Translations under genes and position numbers: made by a program
Shown here: in pieces, positions 49,361 through 57,843 of the stretch
Layout of the letters: every line of letters begins with the position of its first letter
Numbering within the stretch: the stretch's first letter is position 1
Notes under the pieces: model-generated
Seen by the model: only the letters and a program-made list of their open reading frames with translations
The model's database searches: none
Told to the model about the DNA's origin: nothing
DNA from: an uncultured bacterium
Lineage (GTDB): Bacteria; Desulfobacterota_D; UBA1144; Nemesobacterales; UBA2774
Reading direction: 5' to 3'
Length of the DNA: 64,000 nt
Assembly: GCA_963705505.1 (NCBI GenBank)
Contig: CAVPJU010000006.1
Coordinates: forward strand, 448,001 to 512,000

Positions 49361-50827
49361 ATGGCGTTCCCCACTAAAGCTATCGAAAATTTTATAAAAG
49401 CGGGATACCCGATCCTTTACCTCGTGTCTTGGGAGGAGGAGCGTGTCGAGAATACGCTCAAGTCGATCGGCAAAAATATCTACGGAGATTCGGGTAAATT
49501 CCAGGTGTGGACGTGCGCCGAAGGTTTTAGAGAAGGCTCTGAAAACCTCGTAAAAGCCCTCGACAGAGTAATGGTAGAACAGGTTAAGGGATTTTACATA
49601 TTTAAGGATGTGAATTATTTTCTGGACGACCCCAGGCTTGTAAGAAAACTGAAAGACGCCTATCAGAAGCTTAGAAAATCATCAAATACAATATTCATAC
49701 TCTCCAGTTCGCTCTCGATTCCGACCGAGCTGGAGAAGGAAGTGACGGTTATCGATATAGATCTCCCCGACAGGGCGGAGACCGGGAAGATATTCGATTT
49801 CATCATCAAGTCGTATACACAGGAGAGCGTGCAGAATTCGATGAAGTCTAATTTCAAAGAAGCGGCTATCAACGCCCTTCAGGGGCTGGGCGCGCTCGAG
49901 ATGGAGCTTGCGTTGAGGAGGACTCTCGTGGGCAGGGACGAGCTGGGGGAGGACGCAGTAGACGCGCTACTCGAAGAGAAGGCGCAGCTCGTGAGGAAAT
50001 CCGGGTCTCTGGATTTCGTAAGGAGCCGGGTCGACATAGATAAAGTCGGCGGGCTCGAAAATATAAAGGAATGGCTCAACGTGAGGCGGCTTGCCTTTTC
50101 GAGCGAGGCGAAGGAATTCGGACTCGATACGCCCAAGGGCATCCTGCTTATGGGTATAAGCGGGTGCGGGAAGAGCCTCTGCGCGAAGGCGATAGCGACG
50201 GCGTGGAGCCTGCCGCTCCTGAGGCTCGATCTCAACCAGGTCTATAGTAATACGTTAGGGAGCCCCGAGGAGGCGTTCCGCAAGGCGATAAAGACAGTAG
50301 AAGCGAGCGCCCCGTGCGTTCTCTGGATAGACGAGATCGAGGCCGGGATAACGAGGAGCGGGGAGAAGTCCGCGGACAGTCCCACTTCGAGGATATTCGG
50401 GTACTTCCTCACATGGATGCAGGAAAAGGCCTATCCCGTTTTCGTTACGGCGACGGCGAACCAGATAGATTTGCTTCCTCCCGAGATATTGAGAAAGGGA
50501 CGGTTTGACGAAATTTTCTTTATCACGCTCCCTAACCAGAAGGAGAGGAAGGAGATTTTCAGAATCCACCTTCAGAACCGCGGGAAGAACCCTGAGAGCT
50601 TCGATCTCGATTCGCTCGCCAAGAATACGGAGGGGCTGAGCGGAGCCGAGATTGAGCAGGCGGTGATATCTGCGCTCTTCGAGTCGTATGCCAAGGGGAA
50701 GGAGCTTGACGACAGAGAGCTTATAATCGCGTCTTCGTCGATAGTCCCCCTCTCGACTACGATGAGGGAGGAGATTTCGAAGCTCGAGCGCTGGGCTTCG
50801 AACAGGGCGGTGAAGGCTTCGCGGTGA
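49361..50827 (+). CDS. Ycf46-like AAA+ ATPase
   Basis: VGGLENIKEWL, GISGCGKS, LWIDEIE, LPPEILRKGRFDEIFF. Confidence 0.88.
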   Translation: MAFPTKAIENFIKAGYPILYLVSWEEERVENTLKSIGKNIYGDSGKFQVWTCAEGFREGSENLVKALDRVMVEQVKGFYIFKDVNYFLDDPRLVRKLKDAYQKLRKSSNTIFILSSSLSIPTELEKEVTVIDIDLPDRAETGKIFDFIIKSYTQESVQNSMKSNFKEAAINALQGLGALEMELALRRTLVGRDELGEDAVDALLEEKAQLVRKSGSLDFVRSRVDIDKVGGLENIKEWLNVRRLAFSSEAKEFGLDTPKGILLMGISGCGKSLCAKAIATAWSLPLLRLDLNQVYSNTLGSPEEAFRKAIKTVEASAPCVLWIDEIEAGITRSGEKSADSPTSRIFGYFLTWMQEKAYPVFVTATANQIDLLPPEILRKGRFDEIFFITLPNQKERKEIFRIHLQNRGKNPESFDLDSLAKNTEGLSGAEIEQAVISALFESYAKGKELDDRELIIASSSIVPLSTTMREEISKLERWASNRAVKASR

Positions 50828-50890
50828 TTTTTCCGATGTTTCTTTCCAGTTGCAAAAAATTCATATAAAATCCATAGCAATCACAGACGT

Positions 50891-50967
50891 GGGGATGTAG
50901 CTCAGCTTGGGAGAGCGCCGCGTTCGCAACGCGGAGGTCGGGGGTTCGATTCCCGTCATCTCCACCA
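50891..50967 (+). tRNA. tRNA-Ala (anticodon CGC)
   Basis: GGGGATG/CATCTCC acceptor stem with G3:U70, CCGCG-TTCGCAA-CGCGG anticodon arm, TTCGATT loop, CCA end. Confidence 0.95.
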
Positions 50968-51049
50968 GTAAATTCAGCCAGTTAGAGCCAAACGTCCTTT
51001 CAAACATTCAGCTGCTTCAGAGGATTAGATGAGTGAGATATTTCTTAAT

Positions 51050-51217
51050 TCAGAAAGACTGCCCGATCTTGTAGCCTAACCAGATGCCGGCGATTCCGCC
51101 GATAAAAGAAAAAACGATAGCGGACATTGAAAATATCCCGGCTCCCCATAATTCAGGAACAAGGCCTCCTACGGTCGAACCGACGAATAACCCCATCCAG
51201 ATAAGTGATCGAGTCAT
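51050..51217 (-). CDS. Small Gly-rich two-TM protein (55 aa), absent from the ORF track
   Basis: MTRSLIWMGLFVGSTVGGLVPELWGAGIFSMSAIVFSFIGGIAGIWLGYKIGQSF. Confidence 0.65.
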   Translation of the reverse strand: MTRSLIWMGLFVGSTVGGLVPELWGAGIFSMSAIVFSFIGGIAGIWLGYKIGQSF

Positions 51218-51413
51218 TATGTGATTAAGAATACTGCAAATCTGGTATATAGGCCTAATTAGTCCAACCCTCTTAAACTATGGTCCATCCCGGATCGGGA
51301 TTCGATTTTCCCGAACCTAGCCGCCGCAAAGGGGATAATTAATTGACTCGATATTTGATATATATTATTATTTCTACGGCATTCCATGATCAGCATAATG
51401 AGTAGTCAGGAGG

Positions 51414-52142
51414 ATGGCTATGAATAGCACTTTTAAACCCATGAGACTGATTCTGTATTTATACATCCTGATTGTGATATTGCCGGTAGTGTCATTCGGA
51501 GCTAGTCCTGCTACGGAAACCTTTGATAACGGTAACTTGGACGGGTGGGTGCCTAATACAATACACACAGTTGTTACGGGTGAGATAGCAGGGGGAAACC
51601 CGGGCGGGTTTTTGAGCAGTCTGGCGGATAGTAATGTTTTTGGAGGTGTTGTGGGAGCTGATAATGTGTTCCAACCCTGGGTTGGCGATTATGCGGCTGC
51701 CGGGATAAATTTCATTGCTGTCGATTTGAAATTTTTTCAAACAATACAGGATCCCAGAGTCCGTTTTCGGAGGTCCATCTCTGAAAATGGGTGGAATTTC
51801 GTCCTGACCCCGACGGGCAGTCAGAGCAACGATTGGGAACACTTCGAAATTAATTTCGACCCGACATGGACTGATAAGGAAGCCACCGACAACGGATGGC
51901 AGCAGGAGCCATCCACCGGAAGCTTCAGCGAAGTTATGTCAAGCGTCATAGACTTCGAGATAAGAGCTGACGGCGCGCCCGAAGACGTTCAAGCGCTTGG
52001 CGTAGATAACATTCAAATCGATAACGGCTCCCGGTTACCTCGTCCTATACCCACCCTTTCGGAATCAGGAATACTCCTGATGACGGCGCTTCTCGCTCTA
52101 GCCGCCGTAATATTTATGAAACGGCGTTCAATGGCAGTCTGA
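51414..52142 (+). CDS. Secreted protein with IPTL-CTERM sorting signal
   Basis: Signal peptide; C-terminal PIPTLSESG + TM + KRR. Confidence 0.85.
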   Translation: MAMNSTFKPMRLILYLYILIVILPVVSFGASPATETFDNGNLDGWVPNTIHTVVTGEIAGGNPGGFLSSLADSNVFGGVVGADNVFQPWVGDYAAAGINFIAVDLKFFQTIQDPRVRFRRSISENGWNFVLTPTGSQSNDWEHFEINFDPTWTDKEATDNGWQQEPSTGSFSEVMSSVIDFEIRADGAPEDVQALGVDNIQIDNGSRLPRPIPTLSESGILLMTALLALAAVIFMKRRSMAV

Positions 52143-52361
52143 TTTTTGTACACAGATCTGCCCCACGTGAGTTGTACCACGGCAAGTGAGAGCTCCCGCT
52201 TCATTTATCATTCTCAAGCTTCTTTTAACGGGCAAATGGCTGACTCGATACTCCGGTATCTTTCCACAACCCTGATCCTGAAATATTGTTTCTTAATCCG
52301 ATGTGTTATTATCTAAATTTGGTGTTTGACTTGAGAAATATCTCAGAAGGGGGGACACGAA

Positions 52362-52766
52362 ATGAGGGGTAAATACGTAGCAGGCGCAACAGTTATTTTT
52401 CTTCTATTAGCGGCTCTGAGTTCCCAGGCGGCCTCGAACTTAAACTTATCCAAAAGCAACATAAACAGGCTCATATACCCGGCGGATACCGTGAGCTCGG
52501 CGCAGGCGGCGGCTATACTCGCAGACCTCGATGCCGCTACGCAGCAGAGCCAGGGACGGATTAATCTCGAAGGGGCGGTGAATGAGGCTTTGACGAAGCA
52601 GGGGCTAGAGACAAAGATTAAAAAGATAATCATTAAGCCTGCGAGCGCTGCCGGTCAGCTGACCACGATCATAATACTCTCAAACCCCGCAGACGAGGCG
52701 CAGGCGATTGCCGTTTCAGACGAAGGCGTGCCGGCGAACAAGCCGAAGAAGGGGTCGACGAAGTAG
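52362..52766 (+). CDS. Hypothetical secreted protein
   Basis: AAGGGGG RBS, signal peptide ending SQA; no family recognised. Confidence 0.7.
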   Translation: MRGKYVAGATVIFLLLAALSSQAASNLNLSKSNINRLIYPADTVSSAQAAAILADLDAATQQSQGRINLEGAVNEALTKQGLETKIKKIIIKPASAAGQLTTIIILSNPADEAQAIAVSDEGVPANKPKKGSTK

Positions 52767-52839
52767 AACCGGGGCTCACGTTCGGATTAAATCACCGGAG
52801 AAAAGGTTCTTCACTGATGAAGAGCGGGAAGCCTTCACT

Positions 52840-54399
52840 TCACGCGGTCTGGACTTTTTTCTCCCTCTTTTCCATCTCGGACTTGAGATAGGCGTACGGG
52901 TCGTGGTATATAGCGCCTTCCGGCAGGTATTCCCACAGCGGGCCGAGGTCTTTTTTAATCATGTCTATATAGAACTGAGGTATCTCGGTAGTCTCTCCCT
53001 CGAAAAACGCCCTGAACCTCACGTCTTCGTCGAGGAACTTCCTTATCTTACGGTAGTACCGGAGCCTCCCGAAGCCTTCTGTAGATACTGCCCGCATAAG
53101 GTTCATCCACCTGGGTATCCTCGAGGTCGTCGCCTGGAAGCGGTTATAGATCGAGCGCCAGGAGTACGAATATTCCGCGAGACTGATGAGGAGGTCGTAG
53201 AATTCGGGCCACGAATAGTTCTTGGGCTTCACGTTCGAGGCGTGACTGTTGTTGAGAAAATGGAACGGGAACGGAAGGACCCGGTTCTCGCTCTGATATT
53301 CGAGGTTCAAGGGGGCGGCCCGTCCGAACGCGGTTATAAGCGGATACGCCGGAAATGCGGCGGGCGCGAGATCGACAAATTTTTTCGTAAGCTCGAACGA
53401 TTCGGCGCCTTGATCGCTGTCGAGTCCGACTACGAAGTTTGTTTGTATGTATGGAATATGGCTTAATATCATATTTACATGCTCGGAGACGACCTTTACT
53501 TTCTCCATCCCCTGCTTGGCTCCGGTCTTCGACTTGTTCCCCATGTCGAACCAGGATTCGATACCGGGCAGCAGAGCTTTGAACCCGTTCTTTTGGAGGC
53601 GTTTCAAGTGCGGCTCCGAAAGCAGAGAGAGACTGCTTTCCGCAATGAAGTCTATACTGTTTATAGGCACCGCGTCTTCTATGGCGTCCATGTAATCGTC
53701 GAACCTGACTCCGAAATTGGGGTCATACCAGCTCACGAGGGGACGTTTTATTTTCGTCAGAACAAACCTGAGATCGTCTTTTATCACTTCAAAATCGAGC
53801 GGCTGATAGGGCTGGCTCGCATCTATGCAGAAGCTGCACGTGTACGGGCAGCCGAGGCTGCCTATCATGGGTACGACTCTGAAAAGGAAGGTCGTTTTCT
53901 CAAGCGCTTTCGATATATACTTCCAGCGCTCCCTGACTCCGGGTAGGTGTTTCGGTGAGCTCTTCGCGGATAGGTACATGCCGATAGGCCTGTATTGCGA
54001 ACAGTCCTGAAGCACGTCCCGGCACAGCTCCTCGTCCGTGAGACCGAGTACGTAGTCAAAGTATTTAACTGCGTCTTCCGGATAGCAGCGGGCGTGTGGG
54101 CCTCCGAGGACGGTGATGACCCCTTCACGCCTGTATTTGCCGCTGAGGGCGTAAGCCTGAATCGCTGACTGCGTGAAAGCGCTTATGAAAACCATGTCCA
54201 CGTCTTGAGGCACATCCCTGGAGAGGTCTTCGAGACCGGTAAATATAAAGTATGTGACTTCATGCCCCGAATCTTCACACCACTTGGCGATAACCTGGGG
54301 CATTATACCCATGAAGTTAGCGTGCATTATACGTGCAAAGATTGAATGGTTAGGGGATTTTGTTATAAAATCGACTACTCCGATTTTGAGTTTTCGCAT
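52840..54399 (-). CDS. B12-binding domain radical SAM protein
   Basis: LGGPHA in the B12-binding domain; GCPYTCSFC CxxxCxxC motif. Confidence 0.88.
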   Translation of the reverse strand: MRKLKIGVVDFITKSPNHSIFARIMHANFMGIMPQVIAKWCEDSGHEVTYFIFTGLEDLSRDVPQDVDMVFISAFTQSAIQAYALSGKYRREGVITVLGGPHARCYPEDAVKYFDYVLGLTDEELCRDVLQDCSQYRPIGMYLSAKSSPKHLPGVRERWKYISKALEKTTFLFRVVPMIGSLGCPYTCSFCIDASQPYQPLDFEVIKDDLRFVLTKIKRPLVSWYDPNFGVRFDDYMDAIEDAVPINSIDFIAESSLSLLSEPHLKRLQKNGFKALLPGIESWFDMGNKSKTGAKQGMEKVKVVSEHVNMILSHIPYIQTNFVVGLDSDQGAESFELTKKFVDLAPAAFPAYPLITAFGRAAPLNLEYQSENRVLPFPFHFLNNSHASNVKPKNYSWPEFYDLLISLAEYSYSWRSIYNRFQATTSRIPRWMNLMRAVSTEGFGRLRYYRKIRKFLDEDVRFRAFFEGETTEIPQFYIDMIKKDLGPLWEYLPEGAIYHDPYAYLKSEMEKREKKVQTA

Positions 54400-54775
54400 G
54401 TAGCTCCGGATTAAACGTTCTTAGTAGGTCCCATCTGGTTTTAATCAGGAATGGAATAAATTCAGAAAGGTCTACTCGATTTTTTTTGTAACAGACCTTA
54501 TGTAAAGAGCCAGATTAATTATCGAAACTTCTATATCACCCACAAAAATTACAAACACAATACCCTAAATACCCTTATAAATCAAACTGTATCGGACAAT
54601 GTCGCTCAGCCCGCGGGGTTTCGGCCTCTCCAACAAACATTGAAGACTGAAAAATCAGGTTTATTACATTTTTGTAATGTTTTAATATGTCTGAAGAGAA
54701 TCTTTTACCGGCGTAGAGTTAATTATGACATTCACCGGCGGATTATCCCGGATAGAAGGAGGAGTGGGTACTAAA

Positions 54776-55267
54776 ATGGTTCGAAATAACATGGTTCGGC
54801 TGATTGTTCTGTGTGTGTTGCCGGGTCTTATTCCCTGGGCGTCTTATGCCGCTGATTCCGTCACTGATTCATCTGAATATGCGAGGAAGGAAGTCCGCGC
54901 GGCTCTCGATAAATGGACCAGGGACTTCAACGATAAAAATACGGACGAGGTATGCGGACTGTTCGCGCCTGATTTGATCGCGAATTACGGGGACTACCCG
55001 GAGAAAAGCTACGACTCCATATGCGCGCAGCTTAAATCGTCTCTCGCTAACCCCAAGATGACGTTCCGTTATTCGCTTGAAATAAAGGAGATTATAGTCT
55101 CGGGGGATCTCGCGGTCGTGAGACTGATCTGGACACTTACAGTCACCGATGCCGATAATAAGGCGGTGGAGACGACGAAGGACAGGGGGATCGACGTATT
55201 CAGGCGGCAGGCGGACGGGAGCTGGAAGATATCGCGGTATATTGCATATCCGATGAAAGAGAGCTAA
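54776..55267 (+). CDS. Secreted SnoaL/NTF2-like (YybH/DUF4440) protein
   Basis: EIIVSGDLAVVRL...GIDVFRRQADGSWKI; GGAGGAG RBS. Confidence 0.82.
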   Translation: MVRNNMVRLIVLCVLPGLIPWASYAADSVTDSSEYARKEVRAALDKWTRDFNDKNTDEVCGLFAPDLIANYGDYPEKSYDSICAQLKSSLANPKMTFRYSLEIKEIIVSGDLAVVRLIWTLTVTDADNKAVETTKDRGIDVFRRQADGSWKISRYIAYPMKES

Positions 55268-55693
55268 CTCCGCTTTCAGGTATACAGTTGTAAGAGCTGC
55301 ATCTATTATAAAACTCCCCGCAGCGGACGGGCCGCCGCGGGGTTTGCCAGTCAATTAATTCTTATCGTCTGAAGTCCATTCGTTTACTACCACCTACCGG
55401 GGATATTCGAAGCTCCCCTGCGTCCATACAGCCCAGTCGGGCGCCGAAGACGTAGCTATCCTTAATCTTGGGGTTTATAGCCGGGAATTCCGTGGTTCAG
55501 TCGAGGGAAGGGATAAATCTCAAGCAAGCATTGACCACCCTCCAATCCTCCTTTATTCAATCGAAGAAAGGTCAATCCGCTACACCACCTATTCTTATCG
55601 ATTTTCACGCATATGTCAAGACACTTTATCTTGCCGCTCATGCGCCCCTGAGATGGCGAAGGGGTCAGAGCGTTTTATGAGGCGGGGTTTGAA

Positions 55694-56299
55694 TTATCGA
55701 GACGCTTTTTCGCAGATATAGATGAATGCTGGCGGGATGTTGCTCCATACCGTCCTGCTCGTTTTGACTTTGTCGAACTTGGCGTAGAGCTTCTTTTTAA
55801 ATCTCCATGCCGAGGGGGCGACGATCCCCAGTACGTAAGCATAAGTCAGAAATATACCCCCCGGTTTTAACACGTCGTAGATCGAATCGAGTATGAGCTG
55901 CTGAGTCTCTCCCTTGAAGGTCGACCAGGGCAGGCTGCTTATGATCCTGTCGCAGCCGCTTTCTCCGTGGAGCTCCAGGTGTTTCATGACGTTTTCCGCG
56001 GAAGACTGGTAAACCAGCGCATCGGGACACCTTCTTTTCGTAGCTTCGACGAAGGCCGGGTTTATCTCCAGCGCAAAAAATGTGGTATTGTCGGCTTTTT
56101 TCGCCATTATTCTCTCGGTTATTACGCCTGTCCCCGAGCCAAGCTCGATGACGGTCGAAACGTTCGGGAGGTCGGCCGTGTCAGTCATAAGATCGCATAG
56201 CTTGTCGCTCGAAGGAAGAATTGCTCCCGTCCGCGTAGGGTGGATAATGAATTGGGTAAAGAATTTAAGATTATATTCCAGCTCCGTTTCGGCGCTCAT
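55694..56299 (-). CDS. Class I SAM methyltransferase (phospholipid N-methyltransferase-like)
   Basis: TGAILPSS, VIELGSGTG, IISSLPW, NIPPAF; start 56299-56329 uncertain. Confidence 0.82.
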   Translation of the reverse strand: MSAETELEYNLKFFTQFIIHPTRTGAILPSSDKLCDLMTDTADLPNVSTVIELGSGTGVITERIMAKKADNTTFFALEINPAFVEATKRRCPDALVYQSSAENVMKHLELHGESGCDRIISSLPWSTFKGETQQLILDSIYDVLKPGGIFLTYAYVLGIVAPSAWRFKKKLYAKFDKVKTSRTVWSNIPPAFIYICEKASR

Positions 56300-56468
56300 G
56301 TTATCTCTTCTCATTGTATAGGGTCCCATACCGCTGCAAAATCGTAATAAGGGTGACTATTAACGTTATGCAACTGTTCTTTTTATAAGCCATTTTTATA
56401 CATCGTTTAATAGAAAAAGTCAATTTTTACTGTGAATTGGTGTTATTTTTGAAGGAGCCGAACCTCTT

Positions 56469-56497
56469 TTGACAAATTGTTGTTGTATAATTACAAT
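56469..56497 (+). promoter_or_regulatory. Sigma-70 promoter of the mlaF-like gene
   Basis: TTGACA-N17-TACAAT. Confidence 0.65.
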
Positions 56498-56569
56498 CCC
56501 AGCATGATTCTCTTAGAATATAATTACCATTTGTGATTAATCAACATATTTTAAAACGGCGGATATTGG

Positions 56570-57325
56570 ATGCAGGATGAAATAATTATTGATCTAAAGG
56601 ATGTTTATAAGGCTTTCGGCCCCAAGGAAGTCCATATGGGGCTCACGCTGTCCATAAAGAAGGGAGAGAATATCACGGTGCTCGGCGGGAGCGGCTCGGG
56701 GAAGAGCGTTTTGCTCAAGGAAATCACGGGGCTGCTGAAGCCCGACTCGGGCGATGTCATTGTGGAAGGTGAAAGCATAATACCGCTCGAAGAGAGCGAG
56801 CTCGTTCACGTGAGGAAGAAGATGGGGATGCTTTTTCAGGGGGCCGCGCTTTTCGATTCCATGACGGTCGAAGAGAATATTGCTTATCCGCTGAGAGAAA
56901 ATACAAAGCTGCCTGAGAACGAGATCAAAGAGGTGGTCGCCAAAAACCTCGAGCTCGTCGGGCTGCCCGGTATCGAGGATAAAATGCCTGCCGACCTGAG
57001 CGGCGGTATGAAAAAGAGGGTCGGACTCGCGAGGGCGATGGCGATAAACCCTCAGATTCTTCTCTATGACGAGCCGACTACGGGACTCGACCCGCCCAAT
57101 ATAAGCAGGATTAACCAGCTGATCAGGGATATGCAGGCACAGTTCGGTATAACGGCGGTGATTATCACGCACGACGTCAAGAGTGCGTTCCAAATATCGG
57201 ACAGGATAGCGTTTCTTCATCACGGGAAGATAATATTTACCGGGACTGTGGAAGAAGCGGAGAAAACCGATATAGAAATCCTGAGCGACTTTATTAACGG
57301 AAGGATGAGCGGGGCGGACGAATAG
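56570..57325 (+). CDS. mlaF: ABC ATPase, MlaF/Mkl family
   Basis: GGSGSGKS, LFQGAALFDSMTV, LSGGMKKRVGLARA, YDEPTTGLDP. Confidence 0.85.
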   Translation: MQDEIIIDLKDVYKAFGPKEVHMGLTLSIKKGENITVLGGSGSGKSVLLKEITGLLKPDSGDVIVEGESIIPLEESELVHVRKKMGMLFQGAALFDSMTVEENIAYPLRENTKLPENEIKEVVAKNLELVGLPGIEDKMPADLSGGMKKRVGLARAMAINPQILLYDEPTTGLDPPNISRINQLIRDMQAQFGITAVIITHDVKSAFQISDRIAFLHHGKIIFTGTVEEAEKTDIEILSDFINGRMSGADE

Positions 57326-57357
57326 TTAAAAGCCTCGAAGACGGAGGCGGGTTCTGG

Positions 57358-57834
57358 CTAGTAATCGCTTTCCGCTGCATCGATCCCCTCGACTCCGATA
57401 ATCTTCCAGCCGCCGAGCCCTGACTTCTTGAGTGTGACCGTGATGTTGTCGGGCGCATCCTCATCCCCTATGAGTTTATAAGGAATACCCGATTTGAGTC
57501 CCGTCACGACGACGTCAAGATTGGCCGCAGCCTCTTTTTCCCCGTACTCGTTTTCGCTGAAAGCGACCGAAAGGTCCGAGTAAGAGGCTTCTATGCTGTC
57601 GTACTTTTCAAATGCGCTCCCGATGATGTTTTTAACGACCGGGTAGCCTGCACCGTATTCGTCCTTATACTGAATAGAGAAGTGCTCGGAGATAGCGTCC
57701 GGGTCCTTTTTCCCCGCGGCTTCTATAACTTCATTGAATACCGATTCTATCTCCCGTGTATCGTCCCCGCGCGGAAAGAAAAAATAGATCAGGATCGCAG
57801 CCAGTATGACAAGAGGGATTATATATCTCGACAC
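57358..57834 (-). CDS. Membrane-anchored hypothetical protein (NTF2-like)
   Basis: N-terminal TM; FSIQYKDEYG and GWKI patterns. Confidence 0.65.
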   Translation of the reverse strand: MSRYIIPLVILAAILIYFFFPRGDDTREIESVFNEVIEAAGKKDPDAISEHFSIQYKDEYGAGYPVVKNIIGSAFEKYDSIEASYSDLSVAFSENEYGEKEAAANLDVVVTGLKSGIPYKLIGDEDAPDNITVTLKKSGLGGWKIIGVEGIDAAESDY

Positions 57835-57843
57835 ACCGAAAGT

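Noticed and set aside
52235..52270. Possible second att copy of the tRNA-Ala 3' end
   Set aside because: Similarity too weak to distinguish from chance
55354..55680. Possible gene remnant between the SnoaL-like and methyltransferase genes
   Set aside because: An RBS-like GGAGG and ATG on the minus strand are followed by an immediate stop; no recognisable protein in any frame
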